Below the pieces are notes generated by a model. That model worked only from the letters and a program-made list of their open reading frames with translations, was not told where the DNA came from and made no database searches. A DNA stretch of 20,000 nt. Origin: Vicugna vicugna. Lineage: Eukaryota. Position numbers and translations under genes: made by a program. Shown here piece by piece: positions 1 through 10,119 of this stretch (within the stretch, counting starts at the first letter, position 1; each line of letters begins with the position of its first letter). The DNA lies in contig MU058716.1 of the NCBI GenBank assembly GCA_013265495.1, positions 313,144 through 333,143 on the forward strand, read 5' to 3'.

Positions 1-789
1 AGCAGAGATCAGCTCCATGAGAACGAGGAAACAGACGGCGAGCCTGGGCACGTTCCTTCAGCCTCTCCTTTAAGACTCAGTCCCTGAAGAACAGATTGAA
101 CTCTTGCTCCTAAAGACCCACTTTTCACAGGAAATGTCAAAAATCTAAGAAATCAGAACAAAGCTGTTATTAATCGGACATTGACTTATGCAGCTGTCAT
201 TGAATGGACCCCACATGCAGGGTCCCATGGTGGACACTAAACACGGAGCAGTTCTCGCCCTCAGGTGACTCACAGTCTGACAGTATCCAGTCGAAGCTGA
301 ATATTTACCAGGTATTGTGGGTGGTGACGGTGGGTGTTCAGAGATGGCTTCCTGGGGGCAGTGGTGCTCCAGGGAAGGAGCGAAGCCTGCACATGGTCCA
401 CAGTACGGGGTCAAGGCTGTGCTTTCAGTAAAGAATGAACAGCACCTCCCTTCCACTACCTGAAACCCCGGTCCTCTTGCTGAAGCCAACAAAAAAAATC
501 AGACCATGTGTTTTTGAAAAAGTAGTCTTCCTAAAAGCATCAGAGAACTAAAAAGACAGTGAAGAGTTACAAGAAGACCCAGCGGAGACAGGAATCCAGC
601 GAATGGAGACCAGCATGGGGGCTGCTTTTGCCCAGAAAGCATTTGCTGAGTCAGAAGAGGTGGCTGAGTGGCTGGGCAGCGCGGGGGCAGCCTTCCAGGG
701 GGAGTGCAAACGCTGGCCTCCCCTGGCCTCCCACTTCCACAAAAAGCAAAATGTAGGATGTGGTGAGTGTTTCAGCAGATGGAGAAGCA

Positions 790-1150
790 AAAGTGCTGCT
801 GGAGCCTGGAGGAGGAGATTAGCTCCAAATGAGCAGAGGGAAGAAGGGAAGGCAGGGCTGGGAGGGCTTCTTGGAGGAGGTGGCCTTGAGCTGGGCTTGA
901 GGGATGGGGCACGCTTCAGGAAATCCAGGTGGGTGGAGGAGGACCTTGGGCAAAGGGAGGGTGTGCTTGGGGAATTACCAGCATTCCACTGTGGCCAAGT
1001 GCAAGGTGAGAGACACAGAGACAGAGAAAGAGAGACTACAGAGGGAGGTTGAAATGATGTCAGTGAGGGTCTTCCGGTCAAGGCCAGAAGCTTGTAAACT
1101 TTTGTAGAAAAAGGGGAACCAAGGGAGAATTTTGAGTCAAGAAATGCCCA
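790..1150 (-). mobile_element. L2 LINE fragment (old, diverged)
   Basis: Purine-rich tract with antisense L2 3'-region words: 'gagggcttcttggaggaggtggccttgagctgggcttgaggga' and 'ggggaaccaagggagaattttgag'. Boundaries approximate. Confidence 0.6.
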
Positions 1151-1179
1151 GGACTCTACCTGGAAGCCATTCTTCCCCC

Positions 1180-1790
1180 AGCCAGTCACCAAATCTGTAT
1201 CCAAAATTACTGCTTTAGAATCCAGTTAAGTCTCCATCCATAGGGCCCCCCACGGCCTGTGTTCAGGTCTCCAACCTCTCTCCCGGCTTCACACAGCACT
1301 GCCCTGACCGGTTTTCCAGTCCCCAGACTGCCTCCACCACGTCCACCCTCAGGTGTTTCTCCCCCGCTGCCGACCTGGGTCGCTGTCCAAGTGCAAGTCC
1401 GCTGTGTCAGTTTCCTGCCTCGGGACCTGTGAGAGTGTCCCTTCTCAGTGTCGAGCCAGCATTCCTTTCACGTGACTCACCTTCCCTTCCTGCCGCCTTG
1501 CTGATCCATCTCTCCTCCTACTGCCCTTTCTGCATGGGAATGCCCCCCACTCATCACCTGGCTTGACCTGCAGGTCACCGGGTCAGGGTTCAACTCCGGT
1601 GCCACCCTCCCCGGCAGGCTCTGCCTCCTCTGGCATCTGCCCCCAAGGCTTCCTGTTGTTTTAACTCTCATCACACGGTGTTGAAATGGCCTGTTGGTTT
1701 CATTATTTTCCCTGTTTTGATTTATCTTCGAATCTGTGTTCCCACAGAGCAGGTGCTTGGGGCTCAAAAAAGTGTTCTCAGAAGGATGAG
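1180..1790 (+). mobile_element. L2 LINE 3' fragment (sense)
   Basis: Pyrimidine-rich L2-like order of motifs, from 'ccagtcaccaaatctg' through 'cagggttcaactccggtgccaccctccccggcagg' to 'agagcaggtgctt...ctcaaaaaagtgtt...gaaggatga', which resembles the L2 terminus. Confidence 0.55.
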
Positions 1791-2179
1791 TCAGTGCACC
1801 TGCTCCCTGGACGGATGGAGCTCTCCCGCCCGAACGCCCCGCACCCTCTGGGGCCCTCCACAAACTGTCTGCTCCTGTTCCTCCTCCTCCACGTCTTCCT
1901 GTCCAAGGAGCTGCCTGGCACAGGAGGAAGAGGACACACAAGTTGTTCACAGGCATCATCTGCGGGAAGACTCGGGCTGTGCAGCAGTGGCAGCAGTGGC
2001 CTCTGGGGAGCAGGGAGGACGTGACCGCGCATTCTTTCCATTCTCTTTAATTTCTTATAGTGCTGTATTTTGTAGTAAGAAAATACTTTCTTTTCTTTTT
2101 TGTTTTTTAGTTAGAGCGCTAGACCAAGGCTGAAAGCGCTTGGTTTCAGGCAGAATAGCAAGATGTCATCTGTCTAGAA

Positions 2180-2356
2180 GAAAAAGAGCAAGAAAAACAT
2201 GTATTTGTACAAATCTCTCTCCACGGACATGTAACAAATGGACAGTGTCAGTCGCCTCCAGGGAGGGGAGCAAGAGGCTGGGGAAGCAGACTCTTCACCG
2301 AATTTCCAAGTATGTTTTGGATTTTGAACCTTGTGCAGAAGAGTAGTGATCCAAAA
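2180..2356 (+). mobile_element. Old L1ME-type 3' UTR end
   Basis: 'acagtgtcagtcgcctccagggagggg...gcagactcttcaccgaat...ttttggattttgaaccttgtg' resembles the L1ME4-type 3' end. Confidence 0.5.
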
Positions 2357-2368
2357 GAGCCGAGCTTG

Positions 2369-2454
2369 GGAGGTGGGTGGATATAGCTCAGGGATGGCGT
2401 GTGTGCTTAGCAGGCGTGAGGTCCTGGTTCAGTCCTCAGTACTTCCATTAAAAG
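2369..2454 (+). mobile_element. tRNA-derived camelid SINE (Vic-1-like), short/diverged
   Basis: 'tatagctcagg...tgcttagcaggcgtgaggtcctggttcagtcctcagtacttccatt' followed by an A tail. Degenerate TSD aaaagagccgagcttg (2353-2368) / aaaaaagctgagtttg (2455-2470). Confidence 0.85.
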
Positions 2455-2524
2455 AAAAAAGCTGAGTTTGACCTCTAGCCCTCCGGAGACTGAGGGAGCC
2501 TCACTGCTGTGAAGTGGAGAAAGC

Positions 2525-2870
2525 AGATCGGATGTCGCGAGGTGGGTGCAGGGGTGGGCGGTGCCACCTGGAGGCAGGCCGCCCCGGCCCGCTGTGGCCC
2601 AGCGCTCCGGCCCCCGCTCCCCTGCTCGGCCTCCAGCCGTGGCTGCCAGCGCCCCCCAGCCCCGGCGGCCTTGGGAGCACAGCCAACAGCGTGGAGGGGA
2701 AGCCGCACCTGGAGGGCCTGGGCATCGTGAAGCAGCCAGCCCTACAGTTTTCAACCACACAGATTGGTTTTGCTTCATGACTGCTTCCTTAGAACAGCGC
2801 TGGGAAAAGCTGCGCTGGGCCCGTCCCAAACCACGTTCCTGGCGTGGCCGGCGACATTCAGGATGGTGTC
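2525..2870. promoter_or_regulatory. GC/CpG-rich non-repeat patch, candidate regulatory element
   Basis: Dense CpGs, a GC box (gggcgg ~2556), two CACCTGGAGG E-box words, AACCACA (RUNX) ~2753 and two CTGGGAAA (RBPJ-like) words. Confidence 0.4.
2561..2574 (-). promoter_or_regulatory. Candidate CTCF site
   Basis: The minus strand reads CCTCCAGGTGGCAC, a 13/14 match to the CTCF core CCASYAGRKGGCRS. Confidence 0.5.
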
Positions 2871-3133
2871 TCTGGGAAAATCAAAAGTCAAAATCTCCGG
2901 CAACTTCCTAGGATTTGGTCTGGAAGAAACAACTGTTTGGGTTGAGTTTCTAAAGGGCTGTCATCATCGCGACCTTCGGGCTGTTTGAGGCAGGAAGAGG
3001 AGCGTAATTCAACCATGTATTTGCCCCTTCACATCTGCCTGCGTGTCGCTGTGGCCCTGTGGATCTTGCTCATGGGTGTGCGTGTTGGTGAGAAGTCCGA
3101 TGCTGAGGGAGACACCTGCAGTGTTGCTGCGGA

Positions 3134-3331
3134 CAGGGCTGTCAGATCTGGCAGATAAAAATACAGCTTAAAAAAAAAGACAGATTTAATACCAGTTAAA
3201 TCAAAATCCCAGATACACAGTGACTGTTTTTACTATAGTACATCCCATGCAGTATCTGGGACACACATGAAAAGTTACTCATTGTTTTTGTCTAAGTATG
3301 TTCCACCGTGGCTGTCCGCCCTCTGTCACCT
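3134..3331. mobile_element. MER53-like hAT MITE (palindromic)
   Basis: 'cagggctgtcagatctggcagataaaaatacag...ccagttaaatcaaaatcccagata...tcccatgcagtatctgggaca' follows the recalled MER53 consensus, including the central tcccatgca..tgggac hairpin. Confidence 0.7.
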
Positions 3332-3534
3332 TTCTGTCTCTAGAGCTGGGGGGCAGTCACTTGATCAACACACCCTTGTTCCAGGGCAGCACTGTAGCTT
3401 GAATTCCCCTCCTTCGTTTACTCCCAATTTGGATTTTCCTGGTTCAGAACCATCACTTTCTTAATTTTTGAAAAACTTCCACCACTGACACAGCATTTGG
3501 CTTTTTAAAGGGCTATTTTCTACAAAGCTACTAG

Positions 3535-3580
3535 TCTGTCTGTCTGTCTTCCTTCCTTCCTTTCTTCCTTCCTTCCTTTC
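3535..3580. repeat. (TCTG)n/(TTCC)n simple repeat
   Basis: tctgtctgtctgtcttccttccttcctttcttccttccttcc, located in the decayed tail of the adjacent antisense L1MC. Confidence 0.8.
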
Positions 3581-4124
3581 ATGTTTGTGGTTATGTCTTC
3601 TTCATTTTTTTTTAATAGACTTCATTTTAAAAAGCAGTTTTAGGTTCAGCAAAGCTGAGGAGGAGAAGGCACAGAGGTTTCCCAAGTACCCCCGTCCCCA
3701 CAGATGCACGGCTGTCCCCATTACGGACACCCTCCATGGGGCGGTACATCTGCTCCCAGGGAAGAGCCCACGCTGACACGCCACCATCACCCAGAGCCCG
3801 TACTTCACATGGGGTTCACTCTTGATGTTGTACATTCTGTGGGTTTGGACAGATGTTTTGGGGTTTTGTTGTTTTGTTTTTTGGTTTGTTTTGGGGAGGG
3901 AGTAACTAGGTTTATTTATTTATTAGTTTATTTTTAATGGAGGTACTGGGGATTGAACCCGGGACCTTGTGCATGCTAGGCAAGCACTCTACCCCTGAGC
4001 TGCACCCCACCCTGGACTGATGTTTAATGACATACAGTGTACATCACTGTAGTTTCATACTGAGTATTTTCCCTGCCTGTGCCCTCCCTGCCGCCCTGAA
4101 GCCCCTGGCAGCCGCTGATCTTCT
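3538..4124 (-). mobile_element. L1MC (L1MC1-like) 3' end, interrupted by a SINE
   Basis: 'agcagttttaggttcagc...ggggttcactcttgatgttgtacattctgtgggtttggacagatgt' resumes after the SINE as 'aatgacat...cccctggcagccgctgatc'. TSD core tacaaagctact at 3521-3532 and 4125-4136. Confidence 0.85.
3859..4012 (-). mobile_element. Vic-1-like camelid SINE
   Basis: The minus strand reads 'gggtggggtgcagctcaggggtagagtgcttgcctagcatgcacaaggtcccgggttcaatccccagtacctccatt' (B box GGTTCAATCCC). TSD tggac[a/t]gatgttt at 3846-3858 and 4013-4025. Confidence 0.92.
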
Positions 4125-4705
4125 TACAAAGCTACTTATCTTTTAAAAGTGATCTAAGTCCCGCACATACTCAGGCTAAAGGTTACTTCCCTCCTGAGTG
4201 TCGGGATGAGAAGATTGAGCTGGGTTTCAGCTGCTGGGAGGTCAGCAAGGTGGGGGGGGGTGTCACTGGGGGCCCCAAGGTTCTGGGTCTGGGTGTGTGA
4301 CACGCACCCAGACAGCCCTGCGAGGAGGCCCACAGCGCTGTTGTTCCGGGGCTGGAGAGGGGGTGGCCGGGGCCCAGAGCCCACAGTCACTCAGCTACTG
4401 AGGGGCTGAGCAAGACCTGGCAGTCAGGTTTCCGAACAATCCTTCCAGCCTCCTGGTGGGGTGACCCGCTGCCACACACCTCCCCCCTCAGGGGAGTCTG
4501 GAAGGAAACTCTCCCATGAGGAAGGGGTGGGCAGGCTGGGGAGGGAGTTAAGAGGACACCCCTTTTGCTTTATTTGTTTGTGTATTATTCGACTGTGGTC
4601 CAGGGCCAGTATATTACCTTGGTAATTTAAGAAGCAACAAAATATTAAAATCAATCAATACAAATAAATATCTGAGGCCTAAGAGAAAATCAAAGAAATG
4701 GAGGC

Positions 4706-5285
4706 GCACAGGGGCTCCCTTCTCTCCACGTCTCGCCAGCCTTTGTCACTGCTCTTTTCCATGACGGCCGTTCTGACAGGTGTGAGGTGGGGTCTCACTG
4801 TGGCTTTGATGTGTGTTTCCCTGACGTCGGTGATGGGTTGAGCAGCTTTCGTGCTCCTGTTGGCCATCTGCATTTCCTCTTTTCAAGAGATGTCTGTTCA
4901 GTTCTTCTGGCCATATTTTAAATGGGCTGTTTGCTTTTTAATTGAAGTACAGTTGATTTTAAATGTATTAGTTTCTGGTGTACAGCATGGATGAACTTGG
5001 AGGGCGTTATGCTGAGTGAAATAGTCAGACAAATATGGTAAGATATCACTTACATGGGGAGTCTAAAAATACACAACAAACTGGTGACTGTAACGGAAAA
5101 GAAACAGACTCAGATGCAGAGGAGGGGCTGGTGGTGACCAGTGGGGAGAGGGAAGGGGGGCAAGATGGAGGTGAAGATTAAGAGGTACAAACTATTAGGT
5201 ATAAAATAAGCTACAAGGATGAACAACATGGGGAACACAGCCAGTATTTTGTAATAACTATTAATGGAGCATAACCTTTAAAAAA
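4706..5285. mobile_element. 5'-inverted L1 insertion: antisense ORF2 piece + antisense terminal piece + sense 3' UTR
   Basis: 4706-4935 (-) translates as L1 ORF2-like (MQMANR...HLTPVRTAVMEK...EPL). 4936-4988 (-) is the extreme L1 3' end. 4985-5285 (+) is the ORF2 end/3' UTR 'catggatgaacttggagggcgttatgctgagtgaaa'. Perfect TSD aaagaaatggaggc at 4692-4705 and 5286-5299. Confidence 0.85.
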
Positions 5286-5364
5286 AAAGAAATGGAGGCT
5301 TAGCAAAATAGCACTATTCTGTGTCATTGACTTTTATAATCTTTCGAGAGCAGTTGTAAATCAG

Positions 5365-5460
5365 TAGATGTGGAGAGTCTGTGGTGTTGGCTTAGCTGCA
5401 GAACCCAGTTCTAGATGTTGCCTCCTGTGTGTGACTTTGAGGGTATATTATATAAATCCA
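5365..5460 (+). mobile_element. Possible MIR core fragment
   Basis: 'gaacccagttctagatgttgcctcctgtgtgtgactttgaggg' loosely resembles the MIR core. Confidence 0.35.
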
Positions 5461-5599
5461 CGTCCACGGAGGAGGACTAGCCCCTTCGGAACACGGGCTG
5501 TCTTCTACCCTCTCTCTTCTGGGGCGTCTTGGGCGAAGCGCACGAACATTCTCATCCTGGGTCTGTTGGGACATTTGGAAATCAGACCAGTAGATCTTT

Positions 5600-5915
5600 T
5601 TTGGCTTAGAAAACTGAGCAACTGGAAAACAGTTAAGAAATAAATGTTCCCTGAGAAGAGAAACGCATAGCACACTGCTTAACTCAACAGTAAATATTTA
5701 CATAGTTAATATAAAATGGACGAAGTATAAATATATTTGGAGGATGAAAAAGGGAAAGTAGAAGTAGGTAGTTGTGTTAAGTTCACAAAATCCTGTTAAA
5801 ACGTTGGCTCTGGGTTAATACGCACCAGAAGCGTCACCTGCAGTGGTTCCAGGCTCGTCGCTGGGAGCGGGGCTTCGGCCGGGCTGCTGTTTCTCATTAT
5901 GAACCTGTGAGTCTG
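5600..5915 (+). mobile_element. Possible old L1ME 3' UTR fragment
   Basis: A-rich tract containing 'aaatatttacatagttaat' and 'gggctgctgtttctcattatgaacctgtg'. Confidence 0.3.
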
Positions 5916-5967
5916 TGTTGTCGGGGTTCTTAGTTGAGACAATAGAATCCATTCCAGCCTTTTTCTT

Positions 5968-6154
5968 TTCTTTTTTTAATATATGTAATTTTTTAAAAAT
6001 TTATTTTTTATTTTCCTTTTTTTTTGGCAGGGGGGTCATTAGGTCTATTTATTTATTTATGATTGTATTTTTTTTTAACGGAGGTACTGGTGGTTGAACC
6101 AAGGACCTCATGCATGCTAAGCATGTGCTCTACCACTTGAGCTACACCCTCCCC
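5968..6154 (-). mobile_element. Vic-1-like camelid SINE
   Basis: The minus strand reads 'ggggagggtgtagctcaagtggtagagcacatgcttagcatgcatgaggtccttggttcaa' (A box TAGCTCAAGTGG) with a long A-rich tail. Approximate TSD agcctttttctt / agctttttttctt. Confidence 0.92.
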
Positions 6155-6947
6155 TAGCTTTTTTTCTTAAGAAGACGGGCATTTAAGGACTAGCTCGAGC
6201 TCCAAGAATTATGGGGAGGTGTGATGAGGCCATGCTTCTACAGTGGCTCCCACACTGGACTGCACCGTCCAGGGGTCACCAGGCCACCCACTGCCCCACC
6301 GACAGAGCAAACGCAGACTGGCTGGCCCCACTCCTGAGTGCAGATGGGGAGGTCAGGCGGTAGGCAGAACCCATTCACCCGGCCCTGGGCCCTACTGGCA
6401 CCAGATGCTTCAACGCTGCCGGGAAGGCGGGTTTTCATGACGCAGAAATGTTGAAATGGATTTTCTTGTTCAAAGCCAAGTGTACATATTCCTTTGACGA
6501 AAATAAGAAGAATAAAAAAAGAAAAGGGCTTTGTGATCTGTCTGGAGAGCCAGCTTCAACCCGTCAGGTACTCTTGTTTCAGAGAAGGAGTTGACATTTT
6601 CACGTGGGTGGAGAGTTATTTGAAGGTGGGCTTGTCTCTGACTTCACCTTAAGGGATGCAGTGCAGCCCTCTTGCTGGACGGTCAATGAGCCTTGTCTTT
6701 ACCCAGGGAAGAAGGGCGCTCATAAAGCCAGTGCCTTCACCCCGGGCCTTGCTACGAGACCCTGACCTCCCCCTCTCCCAGGTCCCTGAAGGTCCATATT
6801 TGAAACTTGATTGTCCTGAAAGCCATCATCTGAAATCACGTCATGTCTGCTCAGATGGCTGGCTGAGTCTTGCCAGGGACAGGTGTCGATGAAGGAGGGA
6901 AGGAGTGGACATGCTAAGGTGAGCATTTATAGCATTTGGAGTTTAGA

Positions 6948-7040
6948 AAGAGTGTATCTGTGTGTGTGTTTAACTGAATCACTCTGCTGCACGCCTGAAT
7001 AACACCACAGTGTATTTCAACTATGCTTCAACTTAAAAGA
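6948..7040 (+). mobile_element. Very short L1 3' terminus
   Basis: 'taactgaatcactctgctgcacgcctgaa...ttcaactatgcttcaacttaaaa' matches the L1 termini at ~9375-9435 and ~12880-12956. Confidence 0.75.
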
Positions 7041-7504
7041 TTCCAACCAGCCTAGTCTTAAAGCTTGGGGCAGATGCAGTGGTTGGGGGACCCCTGGGAC
7101 GGTACCGAGGAGAAAGGCCCCTCCCCATAGAAAGCCCTGGGGTCTGTTACCAGGAGCACGGACCACGAGAGGAAACCGGCCGCCGCAACCCGGGGTCTGT
7201 TCCGGGTCCGGTGTCCTCGGAGGTTGCAGCTCAGATGGCGGAATGTCGCGGGGGACCAGAGGGGCTGCAGGATGGCGTCTGTGAAATCTGCAGGCAGGAG
7301 AGGCCCTTCCAGAGCAGCCTCACCTGTCATTGCAGTGTCCACCCCCACCCCCCGCCCAGTTTTACCGAGATGCAGCTGACACAGCGCCTGTCTTGGTTTG
7401 GGGTGGGCAGCAAGGGATTCGACGTGCATGTACGGACTGCGGGATACGCGCTGTGGTCAGCTAGCCACCAGCCCCTCGTGCCTTTTCTTCGTCTGCACAC
7501 TGAC

Positions 7505-7632
7505 TCATTGCAACTTTGTCACCAATGTCATTTGTGTTTCATCTGTTGACATGCACTTCTGGAAAGAGGTGGAATGTTGGAGAAAACTGCTTTTGTAGTG
7601 AAAACACTGTTGCAAATGATCAAAACCACTTT
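7505..7632 (-). other. Putative exon segment (acceptor to in-frame stop) of a hypothetical minus-strand transcript
   Basis: Strong acceptor cctttctctttcttcag|AAAG (AG at plus 7633-7634). The true 3' end of the exon is unknown. Confidence 0.25.
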
Positions 7633-8045
7633 CTGAAGAAAGAGAAAGGCTGGAGAGACTCAGGGCGAGGCCTCTGCCCGCCTGGGTGGGCCCAGCGCGG
7701 AGTGGGCCCCCTGCGAGGCCAGGGACGCAGGTGCAGCCCGTGGGGGCCCCATGGCAAGCCTGGACTCGGGGACGCACGCCAGCTCTGGGTACCGCCCACC
7801 TCCACCCACCATCCAGGGATTGGGCCTCACCCCGGAAGGCGGGTGGAACCGAGGAGGGCAGACCGCACAGGGATGAGCGCTGACCAAGGGGCGCCCAGGG
7901 CGACCCACATGTGAAATCAAAAGAGAGATCTTTTTTTTCAAGAGAGAAAGAGCTGGAAGGAAGCACAGCAACAGGAGACCTGGGTGTGGGTGGACGTGTG
8001 CCTGGTTCCCTGTGTCCTGCACAGGCGGCTCGCTTGGTTACTCAC

Positions 8046-8103
8046 CATGGCAGGGCTGTGTGGTCAGGCTTTGCCCAGGAGTTGGGCAATTGCAATTCTG
8101 AGC
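8046..8103 (-). other. Putative 58-nt internal exon
   Basis: Acceptor ttctgtatttttttaag|G and donor ATG|GTGAGT, in non-repeat DNA. Confidence 0.3.
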
Positions 8104-8929
8104 CTTAAAAAAATACAGAAGCTTGATGCCCATGGGTGCCCGTAGGTGCTCAAAGGAAAGAAGGCAACAGGTGCACCCCTCAGGCTGACCAGAGACCTGA
8201 CTGGAGGGGCATTTTGTGTGTCAGACCTCCTGTGTCCTCCCCTCTCCCTACCACCCCACCCTCCCAGGCCCCAAAGCAAAAACCAATACAGGAGTGTCTA
8301 ACTCACAGACAGAGAGCCTTGTGAAAAAATCCAAACTAGATTTTCAAGTCTGCCTGGGTACCCAGCCCTGTTTATATGCTGCTTTCCAAGTGGTTAAATC
8401 ACTGATTCCCAGCCCTGGTTTTAGGACACCCCCAGGCGTCTCTATTCCAAGGACGATTGTGAAATTCTCAAAATAAAATGATTTTAAGTCCCTGCCCTTT
8501 AAAATAAGCTCCCACATTGTGCTCTCTGAAAGCACACACTTTTAGAGGGAAAGAGATTGTGAAATCCAACAACAGTCGGATTCCAGCAGGCCGGCCACAG
8601 CAAGCAAAATACCACTTTGGATTCGAGTAGCACTTTGCGGCTTTGAGAGCACTTTCTGATTCCAGGGTTAGTGACTAAATGTGTGAAATAATACAAAAGA
8701 TGACTGTTGAAGCCTCCACACTGCACTAGAGGTAGAAACAGACGAGCCCTTCCTCTGGCACAAAGGTATCGCTGTGCAGTAGCTCAGCCGTGAAGCTGCA
8801 GTTTGTCAGCTGGTGGGGGTGCTGTTTGGATAGAGCCTGGTGGCCCAGGCCACAGGCGGCAGGAGCATGCTCCAGGGCGGCAGACAGAGCAGTGAGGGGC
8901 ACCGGGTCACCGTCAAAGAGGAGGAAGAG

Positions 8930-9435
8930 AATGTCCATTGACAGAGGACTTGATAAGGAAGCTGTGGTATATTTATACAATGGAATACTACTCGGCCATC
9001 AAAAAGAATGAAATAAGGTCATTTGCAGCAGCATGGATGGACCTGGAGATTGTTGTTCCAAATGAAGTAAGCCAGAATGAGAAAGAGAAATACCATATGA
9101 TATCACTCATATGTGGAATCTTTAAAAAAAAAAAAAGGACACCAATGAACTCTACAAAACAGAAACAGACTTACAGTGAACAATCTTATGGTTAGCAGGG
9201 GGGAAGGGGGTAGGAAGGGTTAAGTTGGAAGTTCAAGATTTGCAGATACTAACTACTATATATAAAATAGATAAACAAGTGTATACTGAACAGCACAGGG
9301 GACTATATTCAATATCTTGTAGTAACCTCTAATGAAAAGGAAAATGAAAACAAATACATGTACATATATGAATGACTGAAGCATTGTGCTGCACACCAGA
9401 AGTGGACACTCTGTAGCTTCTAGACTTCAATAAAA
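8930..9435 (+). mobile_element. 5'-truncated cetartiodactyl/camelid L1 (ORF2 C-terminus + 3' UTR)
   Basis: ORF 8938-9195 contains 'KLWYIYTMEYYSAIKKNEI..FAAAWMDLE', the L1 ORF2 C-terminus. A G-tract follows and the element ends 'acttcaataaaa'. Confidence 0.95.
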
Positions 9436-10119
9436 CACTCACACGTAGAAGAAAGGGAAGGCAGCTCCAAGCTGACTTTCCTCCTGGGCCAAGTGCCGCT
9501 GGACCGAACCACACTGGCTTCTGCCACTTTTCCAGATCAGGTGGGAAGGCCCCCATTCCCAGAGCTGCTGCACTCACTGCTGACAACAACAGTGAAACTG
9601 TGCCTTTGGCTCTGTTTCCTGGAAGTGACAAGTCACCTAGGGGCTGAGAGCAGTTCACCCCGGCGGCTACACATTTCCACCCTCGCCAGCTCTCCTTCCT
9701 AAACTAGCTCAGAAGGAGATACTGGGCCTTCTGGGGACCTGACGCATTTGAGCTGCGAAGCACCGCTCCCTGAGTTCTCCTGCAAGGCAGCAGGCAAGAC
9801 TGGGCAGTGATTACCGCCCAGGGAATTGCACAAGGGCTGCCGGGGGCCTGCAGACCTGGTCTGGAGCGTGCAGGTACATGCAGAATGCAGAGACGACAGG
9901 GTGGAATCTGCCACTGCCTGCAGGGCCCCGCCACCCCAAGGGGTGATGGGGAGATAACTGGATGGCCATGCCAGAGTCTTGTTTGGCGAGGACACATGGA
10001 CACATCCCTCAGAGAGTTAGACCCTAAAGATCTTAAAAGACCTTGACATTCACACATCAAACACTGTTTATGTGTTTGCATCATTTGGAATAAAACCGCA
10101 GTGGAGCACCAGATTTCAT

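Noticed and set aside
265..311. Plus-strand mini-exon candidate (ccctcag|...cag|gtattg)
   Set aside because: Weak donor, no partner exon, and an unrecognised peptide.
548..1204. 218-aa minus ORF and overlapping 149-aa plus ORF
   Set aside because: Low-complexity translation of L2-derived purine/pyrimidine-skewed DNA, with no recognisable domain.
790..1790. Adjacent oppositely oriented L2 copies as a hairpin
   Set aside because: Both copies are too diverged for me to see continuous complementarity.
2407..2988. Stack of overlapping ORFs on both strands
   Set aside because: Expected from stop-codon scarcity in GC-rich DNA.
4618..4678. Minus-strand exon candidate (ttttctcttag|...aag|gtaata)
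   Set aside because: Very AT-rich, stops in two of three frames, and the pyrimidine tract overlaps an L1 target site; not separable from chance.
8938..9195. ORFs with real protein similarity (also 4679-4873 and 19529-19966)
   Set aside because: Truncated L1 ORF2 remnants, not host genes.
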